Below, in pieces: positions 40,624 through 51,944 of a stretch of 64,000 nt of DNA. The stretch is taken from positions 128,001-192,000 of the forward strand of contig CAVQSP010000013.1 in assembly GCA_963715985.1 (NCBI GenBank). The letters are read 5' to 3'. Within the stretch, counting starts at the first letter, position 1. The number at the start of each line of letters is the position of its first letter. The notes under the pieces are model-generated. The model worked only from the letters and a program-made list of their open reading frames with translations, ran no database searches and had not been told where the DNA came from. A program made the translations under genes and the position numbers. The DNA comes from an uncultured Thermoleophilia bacterium. GTDB lineage: Bacteria > Actinomycetota > Thermoleophilia > UBA2241.

Positions 40624-43394
40624 ATGTGCGGCATCTTCGGTTTCGCCGGCGCGCCCGACCGGCACCTCCTCGGGCGCATGGCCGCCGCGCTCGTGCATCG
40701 CGGCCCGGACGACGCCGGCGCCTTCGAGTCCGCGCCGGTCAGCCTCGGCCACCGGCGCCTCAGCATCATCGACCGCGAGGGCGGTCACCAGCCCATCGCC
40801 AACGAGGACGAGAGCGTCTGGCTCGTCTACAACGGCGAGGTCTACAACTTCCGCGAGCTGCGCGCCGAGCTCGAGGGCGCCGGCCACGTGTTCCGCACGC
40901 ACTGCGACAGCGAGGTCATCGTCCACGCCTACGAGGAGTGGGGGCCGTCATGCGCCGCGCGCTTCAACGGCATGTGGGCCTTCGCCGTGGCCGACCTGCG
41001 CGGCGCCGCCGCGGACGGCAGCGGCGGCAAGCTGGTGCTGAACCGCGACCACTTCGGCATCAAGCCGCTGTACTACGCGCGCTCGCCGCGGAGCGGTCGC
41101 CTGCTGTTCGCCAGCGAGATCAAGGGCCTGCTGCAGGACCCCGAGCTGGTCCCCCAGCCGGACGAGCAGATGGTGTTCGAGTACCTGCAGCACGGCTTCC
41201 ACGACCACCGCGCGGAGACCTTCTTCCGCGGCGTGTACCACGTGCCGGCGGCGACGTGGATCGAGGTGCCGCTGGGCGCCGCCGGCGCAGGGCAACGGCT
41301 CCGGCGCCGCGCCCGGCCCGCTCACGGCGCCGCTGCCGAGCACCCCCTTCTGGACGCCGAAGCTCAGCACCGGCGCCGGCAGCGACCCCGCCGACTTCCG
41401 GCGCCGCTTCCGCGAGAGCGTCGAGCGGCGCCTCGTCTCGGAGGTGCCGGTGGGCTCCTGCCTCTCCGGCGGCCTCGACTCCACCACCATCGTGAGTTTC
41501 ATGAGCGAGCTGCTCCAGGCGGACGTGCCGGACGCGGCGTCGCTGCGCGGCCAGCTCAAGACGTTCAGCGCGGTCTTCGACGGCGACCCCATCGACGAGC
41601 GCGCCTTCATCGAGATCGCCGTCGAGAGCACCGGCGCCGACACCACCTACACCAACCCCACCTCGCACGAGTTCGTGGGCGAGCTGCGCGACTTCATCTG
41701 GCACCAGGAGGAGCCCATCGTGAGCACCGGGCCGTACGCCCAGTGGTGCGTGATGCGCTCCGCCCGCGAGCAGGTCACGGTGCTGCTCGACGGCCAGGGC
41801 GGCGACGAGCTCATCGCCGGCTACGTGCCGTACCAGCTCGTCTACCTGCGCCAGCTGCGGCGCCAGCGCCGCTGGGCCGAGCTGCGGCACGAGGGCGAGA
41901 GGTCGCGGGACGTACTGTGGCCGCTGGCCAGGCGGAGGCTGAAGCAGCGGCGCAAGCAGCTGCCGACGCGCAAGCTCCTGCGGCAGTCCTTCCTCGCGCG
42001 GACCACCGACCCCGGCTACGGGCGCTCCCAGGACGACCTCAAGGAGCGCCTCCTCCAGGACTTGCTCACGTACAGCCTGCCGTGCCTGCTGCGCTACGAG
42101 GACCGCAACTCCATGGCGTTCAGCATCGAGAGCCGCGTGCCGTACCTCGACCAGGAGCTCGTCGACCACATCCTCAGCCTGCCCGACGACGCCATCATCA
42201 GGGACGGGTGGAGCCGCTGGATCCTGCGCGCCGCACTCAAGGGCACGCTGCCCGAGAGGATCCGTCTGCGCCGCTGGAAGGTCGGCTTCACGACGCCGGA
42301 GATGCGCTGGATCAAGGCGCGCCGGGCGGCGTTCACGAGCCTGTACCAGTCGCCGTCCTTCCAGTCGCGCCCGTACTGGGACGGCGCCGCGGTGGTGAGC
42401 GCGTTCCGCGCCTGCTGCCGCGGCGAGGTGGAGGAGAGCATGTTCTTCTGGCGCGCCGCCAACATCGAGCTGTGGCTGCGCGAGTTCGTCGACCGCAGCG
42501 TGGTGCTCGAGGACGCGGACGTGGAGGCCGCGCTCACGGCGCCGGCCGAGGTGGGGCCGCGCCGGCGCGGCAGCATCGCGGCGGCCGGCGACGCGCTCGT
42601 GCCGGGCATTCTTGGGGCGGCCGCGGGCCCGCAGGGCCCCGCCGCGGCCGCCGAGGCCGGGCGCCTCCTCGCCGCACACGCGCCCAACGAGGAGAAGCAC
42701 CTGTTCGCCACGGTCGGCGGCGTCGTGTACGCGCGCCTGCCGCTCAAGACCGACCTGGTCGGGCGCGGCGACGACCTGGGTGAGCTGCTCCGCCGCCAGG
42801 TCGCCGCGCACGTGCGGCCCGGCGACATCGTCGTCATGGCCGAGAAGCCCATCGCCGCCAGCCAGGGCCGCAGCTACGCTCTCGACGAGATCCACCCCAC
42901 GAGGCTCGCCAAGGTACTCAGCAGGGCCGTCACCAAGACCCCGCACGGCATCGGACTCGGCATCCCCGAGACGATGCAGCTCGCCATCGACGAGGCGGGG
43001 GCGCCGCGCATCGTGGCCGCCGCGGCCGTCTCCGCGGCCGGCAAGGTGGTCGGCAAGCGCGGCCTCTTCTACAAGGTGGCCGGCGCCAACGTGGAGGCCA
43101 TCGACGGCCCCACCTGGAACACGCTGCCGCCGCACAACACGCATGCCAAGCTGGGCCCGGCCGACCCGGACGGCGTGGCCGCCCGCCTCTCGGGGGTGCT
43201 CGCGGACGCCGCCGGCGGCCGCGTGGACTTCGTCGTCATCGACGCCAACGACCTCACGGCCACCGTCCTCGGCGCCTCCCCGGGCGCCGACCGCTCGCTG
43301 GCCGCGACCCTCATGCGCGACAACCCGCTCGGCCAGGGCCACGAGCAGACGCCAGTCTGTGTCCTGCGCCCGCTCGGCCCGCTGCCCGGTCTGA
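40624..43394 (+). CDS. asnB: Asparagine synthase-like (AsnB) amidotransferase fused to a C-terminal F420-0:gamma-glutamyl ligase (CofE)-like domain; frameshift near 41290; stop probably TGA 43392-43394
   Basis: Ntn MCGIFG, HRGPD, NGEVYN, PP-loop SGGLDS, GQGGDE, ESRVPYLD; then GDIVVMAEK..A.SQGR, AIDG, DANDL, DNPLGQGHEQTP in the same frame. Confidence 0.85.
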
Positions 43395-43574
43395 CCTTCA
43401 TCCGCCCTGGCTGCACGCACTGCGGGTCACGCCCCCGCGAGCCGCCACCCCCGGCGCGGATCGAATCACCCGAATGGGGGGAGGCAGGCTTGCAGCCCGC
43501 CGCCGACACTGGAGTTGTTTCAGGCGAAGACCCGAGGGACAAGACCCATGTGACGGACGAATGGAGGGGCATTC

Positions 43575-44777
43575 GTGGAAGCCGTCTCGAACATGACGGC
43601 GGCGGAGGATGCGTTGCGGCAAGCACGGACGTGCCCCGCGGTAGTCCCGCTGCCGCCAGCCTCCTGGCCGGGCGACCCGAGCGCCGCGTCGCCGGCGACC
43701 TGCCGGCCGCCGAATCTGGACGGCGTGTCTGCGTGCGCGCTTTCCGCGAGCAGCCTGATCGCCGCAGACGCCTTCGGACTCGCCAGGCTTCGTGACGCGA
43801 TCCGCACGGCTCGCTCGGTCGACGATCTGGCCAAGAAGGTCGTCGCCATGCCGGCGCTGTTCGTCGAGCTGGTAGATGCAGGTCTTCAGGCGCCGACCCT
43901 CACACGGGTGTACACGGCCTTGGGCGACGCGGTGACCTCACGCCTGATCGAGTTGAACATCACGCATCGCGGCACTCCTCCAGTGGCCTTCGCGTGGCTC
44001 GCGTTCGGCAGCGCCGGGCGCCACGAACTCTCCCTGTTCTCCGACCAGGACAACGGTCTCGCGTACGAGGACACCCGCGACCCCTCCGTGGACGAGTACT
44101 TCTTGCAGCTCGCCATCGATGTCAACGATGGTCTGAGCCGCTGCGGCTTTCCGCTCGATCCTCACGGCGTGCTGGCCACTGGCCGAGAGTGGCGCATGCA
44201 GGCGTCCGACTGGGTCGCAGTGTTCGCCGATTGCCTGAGATGCTGGGACGGCGAACGGCTTCTTCGGGCGGCCATCTGCTTCGACGTCCGCCAGGTGGCC
44301 GGCGACCTCTGGATAGTCCCCCGGCTGGACGCCGTCATCAGTCGGGCGCCCGGCTACTCGCGCTTCCTCAGCGGATTGGCCGAACTGGGCGCTGAGATCT
44401 CCTCCCCTCTCCGCTTTCCTCGCCGACTGAAGGGTCCCGTCGACCTCAAGTGGCGAGGCCTGCTCGTCGTGCAGAACCTCGCGCGCTACTACGCCTGCGC
44501 GGCTGGGCTGACGCCGTCGTCAACCGTCGATCGTCTGGCCGCGGTCGGGGAGGCGGGGGCCAAAGGCAGCGATGTGGCCGAGGCGCTGCGCGAGGCATAC
44601 GTCACCATGGCCGGCCTGCAGTCGCGCCACCAGGCCGAGATCCTCCGTCGGGGCGGCTCGCCGGACGAGCCGCTGGATACCGCGAGGCTCGACCCGGAGA
44701 GCAGGGCGAGCCTGCAGCAGGCCCTGCGTCAGCTCGCATCCGTGCAGGAGCGGCTCCCGCGACGAGTCGCGCTGTGA
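43575..44777 (+). CDS. DUF294 putative nucleotidyltransferase plus substrate-binding domain
   Basis: FAWLAFGSAGRHELSLFSDQDNGL, GFPLDPHGVLA, FDVRQVAGD, DLKWRGL. Confidence 0.8.
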   Translation: MEAVSNMTAAEDALRQARTCPAVVPLPPASWPGDPSAASPATCRPPNLDGVSACALSASSLIAADAFGLARLRDAIRTARSVDDLAKKVVAMPALFVELVDAGLQAPTLTRVYTALGDAVTSRLIELNITHRGTPPVAFAWLAFGSAGRHELSLFSDQDNGLAYEDTRDPSVDEYFLQLAIDVNDGLSRCGFPLDPHGVLATGREWRMQASDWVAVFADCLRCWDGERLLRAAICFDVRQVAGDLWIVPRLDAVISRAPGYSRFLSGLAELGAEISSPLRFPRRLKGPVDLKWRGLLVVQNLARYYACAAGLTPSSTVDRLAAVGEAGAKGSDVAEALREAYVTMAGLQSRHQAEILRRGGSPDEPLDTARLDPESRASLQQALRQLASVQERLPRRVAL

Positions 44778-44945
44778 GGGTGCGGCGCCCGAGGTGCCGC
44801 CGGCTGCTCGCGCAGGCGGGCTCCCTCGCCCGCCCTCACGAAGCGCTCATCCTGGCTGAACACCTCGCTCGCGGGACGTGACCGCGGCCGCGGCCTGGGT
44901 GTATAAGGAGGCTCGGCGCAGGCACCGACGAGGAGGGCCGGACGG

Positions 44946-45890
44946 GTGAGCATCGTCGAGGTCCAGGAGTTGCGAAAGCAGTACGACCCGCCCAAGGGTG
45001 TGCTGGCCGTCGACGGTGTCAGCTTCGACATCGCCGAGGGCGAGATCTTCAGCCTCCTCGGCCCCAACGGGGCGGGCAAGAGCACGACCATCTCGATGCT
45101 CTCGTGCCTTCTGCACCCGAGCGGCGGCGACGCGCGCGTGGCCGGGAACTCAGTGGTCAGCGACGCCCAGGCGGTCAAAGAGGTCATCGGCGTCGTCCCG
45201 CAGGACATCGCCCTGTACCCGGACATGAGCGCCCGCGAGAACCTCGTGTTCTGGGGCAGGATGTACGGCCTGTCGGGCGCCGCGTTGCAGACCAGGGTCG
45301 ACGAGGTGCTGGAGCTCATCACGCTGGTCGACCGCCAGAAGGACCGCGTGGAGAAGTACTCCGGGGGCATGAAGCGCCGCGTCAACATCGGCGTCGCTCT
45401 GCTGCACAAGCCCCGCGTGCTGTATCTGGACGAACCCACGGTGGGGATCGACCCGCAGAGCCGGCGGTCGATCCTCGACGGGATCCTCGCACTGCGCGAC
45501 CAGGGGATGACGATCCTCTACACCACGCACTACATGGCCGAGGCGCAGGAGCTCAGCGACCGCGTCGGCATCGTGGACCACGGCAAGATGATCGCCGTCG
45601 GCACCAACGACGAGCTCGTCAAGATCGTCGGCGAGGCGGCTCACATCGAGCTGCGCACCGACCACCGCCTGGACGCCATGGTGGAGCGCTGGGCAAAGGT
45701 CGAGGGCGTGAACAACGCGACGGTGGACGAGGACCACGCCGTGCTCCTCGCCCACGACGCCGACCAGGTCCTGCCGCGGCTCTTCGAGGCGGCGGCCGCG
45801 GACGGCACGCGCATCACCGAGGTCAACGTCACCGAGCCCAACCTCGAGATGGTCTTCCTGCATCTCACCGGCCGGGCCCTCAGAGAATGA
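44946..45890 (+). CDS. ABC exporter ATP-binding protein
   Basis: GPNGAGKST, YSGGMKRR, LDEPTVGID, TTH. Confidence 0.92.
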   Translation: MSIVEVQELRKQYDPPKGVLAVDGVSFDIAEGEIFSLLGPNGAGKSTTISMLSCLLHPSGGDARVAGNSVVSDAQAVKEVIGVVPQDIALYPDMSARENLVFWGRMYGLSGAALQTRVDEVLELITLVDRQKDRVEKYSGGMKRRVNIGVALLHKPRVLYLDEPTVGIDPQSRRSILDGILALRDQGMTILYTTHYMAEAQELSDRVGIVDHGKMIAVGTNDELVKIVGEAAHIELRTDHRLDAMVERWAKVEGVNNATVDEDHAVLLAHDADQVLPRLFEAAAADGTRITEVNVTEPNLEMVFLHLTGRALRE

Positions 45891-45960
45891 CCGCCGTAGG
45901 CGGATCATCGTCGGGTGCGCGGCACGTGCACTCGACTGTAAGGGACCACCCCAGCCCGCC

Positions 45961-47220
45961 GTGAGCCGCGTCCTCGCCATCGCGCTCAAAGACCTGCGCA
46001 GCACGTACCGCAACGTGCCCGCGCTGGCGATGATGCTGGCTGCCCCGCTGGCGCTCTCGGCGCTGCTGGGCTTCGCCTTCGGCGGGGCCGGCAACGGGTT
46101 CTCCGTGTCCGCCACCAAAGTGGCCGTCGTGAACCTCGACCGCCCGCCGGCCGGCTCCGGTCAGCAGGCCGCCGCGGGCGCGACGATCGCGGGCATCCTC
46201 GGCAGCGACGGCCTCAAGGACATCCTCACGGTGAGCAAGATGTCGTCCGCCGAGGCGGCCCGCAAGAGCGTGGACGACGGCAAGGACGTTGTGGCCGTCA
46301 TCATCCCGCCGGCACTCAGCGAGGTGTTGTACGGCACCAGCGAGACGGCGAAGGCGGTCATCGAGCTGTATCAGAACCCGACGCAGGGCATCGGCGACGC
46401 CATCACGCAGAGCGTCGTCGGCCAGTCCCTGCTGCTGTTCAACGGCGCCCGCGCCGCGGCGCTGGCGGCACAGGGGGTGGCCACCGCCAACGGCGACGCC
46501 CAGGGGGCGGGCGCGGCGGCGCAGAAGGCCGCGGCCGCCTACGTGCACGCGCAGGAGAGCGGGTCCGGCGGGTTGACCGTGGCGGTGCGCCCGCCCGAGC
46601 TCGCCGGCGGCAAGGCGTCCAAGGACATCGGCGTCACCGGCCTCGTGCTGGCGGGGATGATGGTCTTCTTCATGTTCTTCGGCGCCTCCAACGTGGCCAG
46701 GACCATCCTCACGGAGGAGCGCGACGGCACACTGCCGCGCCTCTTCACCACGCCGTCCTCGCGGCAGGTCATCCTGGGCGGCAAGTTCATGTCCACGTTC
46801 CTCACGGTGCTGGCACAGGCGGTCATCATCATCATCGCCGGACGCCTGATCTTCGGCATCGACTGGGGGGCGCTGGACGCCGTGGCGCTGCTCATCCTCG
46901 TGGCCGCTGCGGTGGCCGCCAGCCTGGGACTGCTGGTGATCTCCGTCGTGCGCACGCCGGCCCAGGCGGGTGCCATCGGGGCCGGCGTCTACCTGGTGCT
47001 GGCGCTCGTGGGCGGCAACTTCACGGGCACCGCCCAGACCGGCACCACCTACGCCACCATCCAGCGGTTCTCGCCCAACGGCTGGCTCCTGATCGGGTGG
47101 AACGAGACCATGCGAGGAGGAGGCATCGGCGACATCCTGCTCCCGCTGCTGATCCCGCTCGCGTTCGCCGTGGTGTTCTTCGCCATCGCGGTGCTCAGGT
47201 TCCGGAGGCGGTTCGCGTGA
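45961..47220 (+). CDS. ABC-2 permease with extracytoplasmic loop
   Basis: 1+5 TM topology; EERDGTLPRLFTTP. Confidence 0.87.
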   Translation: MSRVLAIALKDLRSTYRNVPALAMMLAAPLALSALLGFAFGGAGNGFSVSATKVAVVNLDRPPAGSGQQAAAGATIAGILGSDGLKDILTVSKMSSAEAARKSVDDGKDVVAVIIPPALSEVLYGTSETAKAVIELYQNPTQGIGDAITQSVVGQSLLLFNGARAAALAAQGVATANGDAQGAGAAAQKAAAAYVHAQESGSGGLTVAVRPPELAGGKASKDIGVTGLVLAGMMVFFMFFGASNVARTILTEERDGTLPRLFTTPSSRQVILGGKFMSTFLTVLAQAVIIIIAGRLIFGIDWGALDAVALLILVAAAVAASLGLLVISVVRTPAQAGAIGAGVYLVLALVGGNFTGTAQTGTTYATIQRFSPNGWLLIGWNETMRGGGIGDILLPLLIPLAFAVVFFAIAVLRFRRRFA

Positions 47221-47227
47221 GGCCGGC

Positions 47228-48433
47228 GTGAGTCGCATCTGGATACTCGCCCGCAAGGACTTCCTCGAGACGCGCCGGGACCGCCTGGCGTTCCTGTTCA
47301 TCTTCGTGATGCCGATTGCGTTCACCGCCTTCTTCGGCCTGATGTTCGGGGGCGGCAGCGACCGTCTGCCGCTCGCCGTGTGGAGCGGCGATGCCGGGCC
47401 TGCCGCCAAGCAGCTGCTGAACGCCGTGGAGAGCTCGGACGTGGTCGTCGTGCGCCGCATGACGCGCATGGACGCCGAGCAGGCGGTGGCCGACAGCAAA
47501 GCGGCGGCGGCGCTCGAGATCCCGGCGGGGTTCTCCGACGCCGTGAGCGCCGGCAAGCCGGCCACTGTGACCGTGGTCGGCGTGACCGGCTCCACCGGCG
47601 CCCAGACGGCGCAGACGGAGATCACGGCGCTCGCCGGTCAGGTGGTGGCCGGCGAGCAGGCGGCGCAGGCGGCCGTGGACGCCGCCGGCTCAAGCGCCCT
47701 TCAGCAGGGTCAGGCGAGCGCGGCCCAGCTGCGCGAGGCCGCGCTCCTCATGGCGCGCCCGCTCGCGTCACAGGCGCTCGCCCATCCGGCCGCCACGATC
47801 CGCGTGGTGCAGGCCGGTGCGGCCGCCGGTCAGGTGCCCTCGGGCTTCGTGCTCAGCTCGCCCGGCATGCTCATCAACTTCATCCTCTTCAGCCTGATGA
47901 CGGCCGGCATCGCCCTCGTCCAGGAGCGCAAGAACTTCACGCTGGAGCGCCTCATGACGACGCACGTGCGACGCTGGGAGCTCATCGCCGGCAAGGTCGC
48001 GGGCATGTTCGTCCTGACCTTCGTCCAGCAGATCATCCTCATCGCCGTCGGCCAGCTCCTCTTCGGGGTGGACTACCTGCGTGACCCCGCGGCACTGCTG
48101 CTCATGATGATCGCCCTGTCGTGTGTGGCCTCGACGCTGGGACTGCTGCTGGCCGCCCTGCTCAAGTCGGAGCAGGCGCTGGTCGCCGCCGTGGTGCTCA
48201 CCTCCATGGCCGTGGCGGCCCTCTCCGGCGCCTGGTTCCCGCTGGAGATCACCGGCTCGGCCTTCCAGTTCGTCGGGCACCTGCTGCCCACGTCGTGGAT
48301 CCTGGACGGCATGCGCGGCATCATCATGCGCGGCTTCGGGGTGGCCGACGTGCTGCCCGCTTTCGGCTTCGCCCTGGCCTGGACGGTGGTGCTGTTCGCG
48401 GTCGCCGTCTGGCGCTTCCGTCTCACCGATTGA
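47228..48433 (+). CDS. ABC-2 permease with extracytoplasmic loop
   Basis: ERKNFTLERL, LSGAWFPLE. Confidence 0.87.
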   Translation: MSRIWILARKDFLETRRDRLAFLFIFVMPIAFTAFFGLMFGGGSDRLPLAVWSGDAGPAAKQLLNAVESSDVVVVRRMTRMDAEQAVADSKAAAALEIPAGFSDAVSAGKPATVTVVGVTGSTGAQTAQTEITALAGQVVAGEQAAQAAVDAAGSSALQQGQASAAQLREAALLMARPLASQALAHPAATIRVVQAGAAAGQVPSGFVLSSPGMLINFILFSLMTAGIALVQERKNFTLERLMTTHVRRWELIAGKVAGMFVLTFVQQIILIAVGQLLFGVDYLRDPAALLLMMIALSCVASTLGLLLAALLKSEQALVAAVVLTSMAVAALSGAWFPLEITGSAFQFVGHLLPTSWILDGMRGIIMRGFGVADVLPAFGFALAWTVVLFAVAVWRFRLTD

Positions 48434-48494
48434 CCACCGAAGGCGGGTCAACGAGGGGGGCGCCGGAGGCTCACGCGCTCACTGGGCGCCGCAC

Positions 48495-48809
48495 TCACTC
48501 CTTGCTGGGCTTGATGCTCGCGTCCTTGGGCAAGGCCAGACCGGCCTCCACCTCGATGGCCTTGATGATCCCGGACGGCACGGGGCAGGCCGGGTGCTGC
48601 AGGTGCTCGGCGGCGAGGCGCAGGGTCTTGGGACCCTCGCCGCGGTACATGATCTCGGTGAACGGGTCCACCTCGGTGAGGTGCTCTGCGAGGCTCTCTA
48701 CGTAGCCGCACTCGGTCTCGAACTCGAGGCGCACGACGCGGCCGTCCTGCATCGTCCTCACCGTGGTGCAGAACCCGCAGATGCCGCTGTCGATCTCGGA
48801 TGACGCCAT
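48495..48809 (-). CDS. Small Cys-containing protein (DUF6951-like)
   Basis: IDSGICGF, ETEC, HPACPVPSGIIKAIEVEAGLALP. Confidence 0.75.
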   Translation of the reverse strand: MASSEIDSGICGFCTTVRTMQDGRVVRLEFETECGYVESLAEHLTEVDPFTEIMYRGEGPKTLRLAAEHLQHPACPVPSGIIKAIEVEAGLALPKDASIKPSKE

Positions 48810-48870
48810 GTGCTCTCTCCTGTCGTTCCGGCTGGACGCGATTGCCCCATGGTACCCGGCGGCGCGCGTC

Positions 48871-50178
48871 TCACACCCCGCAGAACCGCATCGCGATGAG
48901 CGCCACGGCGCAGGCGGTGTCGACGAGGTCGTGCACGGGCACGCACTCGTTCTCGCGGTGCGCCGTCTCGAATCCGCCGGGGCCGAACGACACCGTCGGC
49001 GTGCCGAAGCGTGTGAAGGTGGCCGCATCGTGCCAGGAGTCCAGAGCCGAGATCCGCCCGGTCCGGCCGATCTCGCCGGCCGACTCCAGAGCAAGGCGCA
49101 CGATCTCGTGGTCGAGGGGGACCTCAGCCGGCGCAGTCTCGGCGATGAACTCCACGGTGATAGGGTGCTCGGCGAGCCAGGGGTCCGTGGCGGCGGCGGC
49201 GTGCAGCCGTGCCGCGATCTCCTCGCGCACGGCCCTGCCGTACCCCGCCGGGTCCAGACGCCCCGGCAGGTACTGGGCGTCGCAGGTCAGCACGCAGCTG
49301 TCCGGGTACGTGACCATCCACTCACCGGCGTGGAGCATGGTCGGGACGATGTCGGGCGGCGCCAGCAGCGTGTGGCGCCCATCGGCGCGGTCGCGCCAGT
49401 CCTCACGCAGCGCGCGGACGGCCCGGAGCAGAGGCTCGACCTTCTCGATGGCGTTGACGGCGCCTCCCTCGCGCCAGCCCGGCTGCGGCATCTCCGCGTG
49501 CCCCGTGCGCCCGGGAACCGTCACGCGCACGTTGATCGTGCCGCGGCAGGCGGCCCACACGTCGAAGCCGGTGGGCTCGCCGCAGATGCCGGCGTCCGCA
49601 GCCACACCGTGCTCGGCCACGCGGAGGCTGCCGGCGCCGCTCGACTCCTCGTCGGTGTCGGTGGCGACGATCACGTCGCCGCGCAGCCGCACGCCCTCGA
49701 CGCGGAGACACTCGAGGACGTGCACGAACGCCGCGATGGAGCCCTTCATGTCGTTGGCGCCACGGCCGTAGAGGAGGTCGCCACGGAGGTCGGCCTTCAG
49801 CGGGTGGCTGTCCCAGCGCTCGAGGTCGCCGTAGGGGACGGCGTCGATGTGCCCGTTCAGCAGGAGCGAACGTCCCCCGCCCGAGCCCTCGACGCGGGCG
49901 GCCAGCTGCGGGCGGCCGGCAAAGTCGAGGTCGTACGGGATGACCGGCGAGTCGCCGGCGACGAAGGGCTCGGGCTCCCAGATATCGATGTCAGCCCCGA
50001 GCACGCGCAGGCGCGCGGCGAGCAGCTCCTGCAGCTTGGCTTCGTCCCTCGCGGGCTCGTCGGCCTCTCTCGCCGTGGTATCGCAGGCGATCAGCTCGCG
50101 CGAGCAGCGCCGACGAGATCATCGCGGCCGGCGCGGATTCGCTCCAGGACGCGTTCTTCGACTCTTCGTCTGAGCCAT
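48871..50178 (-). CDS. M20 ArgE/DapE family deacylase; frameshifts in the 5' part
   Basis: LLNGHIDAV, GRGANDMKG, DEE, GEPT, AHRENE. Confidence 0.88.
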
Positions 50179-50219
50179 CTAGCCGCGCCTCCACCGTCGT
50201 CCGTTCGCCGGCTCAGCCG

Positions 50220-51944
50220 TCATCCGAAGCCGTAGACGTCACGCGCCTGTGCCGGTGTGATGTAGCCGTCGCGCAGGTCGGCGCGCACGCTGCTCCCGGC
50301 GCGCCGCCGCGGGTCGCCCCAACCGCCGCCGCCGCTCGAGCGCAGCGCGAAGGTGTCGCCGCGCCGCAGCGGCAGGTCCACGCCCTTGCCCGGGGATCTC
50401 GCGCTCCTGCGGACCGCCGGGATCGAGGAGCACGGCGGCCCGCGCCCCGGGGAGTCCGCCTTGGGCGCCCCAGGGGCGCGTCTCCTCCAGCGTCTGGTCG
50501 GCATAGCGCCCGGAGACGGACGCCTCCTCGGCGAGCAGCTGGTACCAGCGTTCGAGTGCCAGCCCGCCGCGGTGTTCGCCGGCGCCGCCCGAGTCGGGCA
50601 CGAGCTCAGTGCGCAGAACGCGCAGCGGCGCCTCCACTTCCAGCGCCTCGGCGGACATCATGGCGCAATTGCCCATGTGCGTGTCGACGGCCGAGATGCC
50701 GTCGCCGCCGACGTGGCCACCCATGCCGCCGCCGACGATGTCGGCGGCCATGTAGGGCTCCCCGCTCTCGTCGTCGAGACCGGTGACGTTGAAGGTAGGG
50801 AAGGAGACCGAGCAGCCGGCGGCGGCGCGCTCGGGGCAGGCCTCGCGCAGCGCCTGCAGCAGCAGGTCCGCGACCTTCTGCTCCGTGAGGTGACGCACGC
50901 TCACCGGCGCCGGGAAGACCGGGTTGAGCAGGCAGCCCTCGGGGACGTGCGTGGTGATGGGCCGGTAGGCGCCCTCGTTCTGCGGTACGTCCGGAGCCGA
51001 TCATGCAGCGCACGGCGTACCAGACCGACGAGATGGTGGACGCCAGCGGGCAGTTGAGGCTGCCCCGCGTCTGCGCAGCCGTGCCCGTGAAGTCGGCGTA
51101 CACGTCGCTGGCGTCCGACCGTGACGGTCGACCTCCAGGCGCAGAGGGCCGTCGCCATACAGGTCGGGGTCCATGAGCCCGACGGCGTGGTAGGTGCCGG
51201 GGCGCATCCGCTCGAGGCCGTCGCGTACCACGGCCTCGGTGGACTCCCACATCCCGGCCATGTGGATCTCGAGGGCGTCGGCGCCGTAACGCTCGCAGAT
51301 CTCGGTGAAGCGCCGCTCGCCTGTGCGGCAGGCTGCGATCTGGGCACGGATGTCGCCGAGCGTCTCCTTGGGCACACGGACGTTGGCGGCGATGATGTCG
51401 AACAGCGCCTCGTTGGGCTCGCCGCCGCGGTAGAGCTTGACGATGGGCAGCAGCAGACCCTCCTGCCAGACTTCCACGGCGTCCGCGGCTTCGCTGGCGG
51501 CCGTCTTGCCGCCCACGTCCATGTGGTGGGCGTTCGTCGCGGCGAAGCCCATGAGCCGGCTCCGCCGCGTACATGGGCATCGCGATATGATGTCGTTGGC
51601 GTGGGTGGCGCCGTGATAGGGGTGGTTGGCGATGAAGACGTCATCCGGCTCGACGCCGCCGACCCCGAACTTGGCGAGGAGGCGCGCCATGACCGACGAC
51701 ATGACGCCGAGCTGGGCGGGCAGGTTCTCCGCCTGGCTGATGAGCTCGCCCTGCGGTCCGAAGATGGCGCACGAGTAGTCGAGCATGTCGTAGATGATGG
51801 CCGAGTAGGCGCTGCGGCGCAGGGCGCGGCTCATCTCCTCGGCCGCGGAGACCAGGCTGCTCGCCACCACCTCGCGGGTGACCGGGTCCGCAGTACCGCG
51901 GCCCGGGCAGCGGCGCCGGCGTTGCCCTGTGGCAGGGCGCTCAC
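50220..51944 (-). CDS. Hydantoinase B / 5-oxoprolinase family subunit; several frameshifts
   Basis: RRSAYSAII...DYSCA, NHPYHGATH, HHMDVGG, QEGL, GGGMGG, DSGGAGEHRGG, GGGGWGDP. Confidence 0.85.

Noticed and set aside
43482-43509. Fifth sigma28-like promoter (GCCGACAC)
   Set aside because: No acceptable -35 element at 15-16 nt spacing.
43395-43795. C-terminal extension of the AsnB-CofE ORF
   Set aside because: Not protein-like and overlaps the next gene; more likely a missed stop caused by an indel near 43390.
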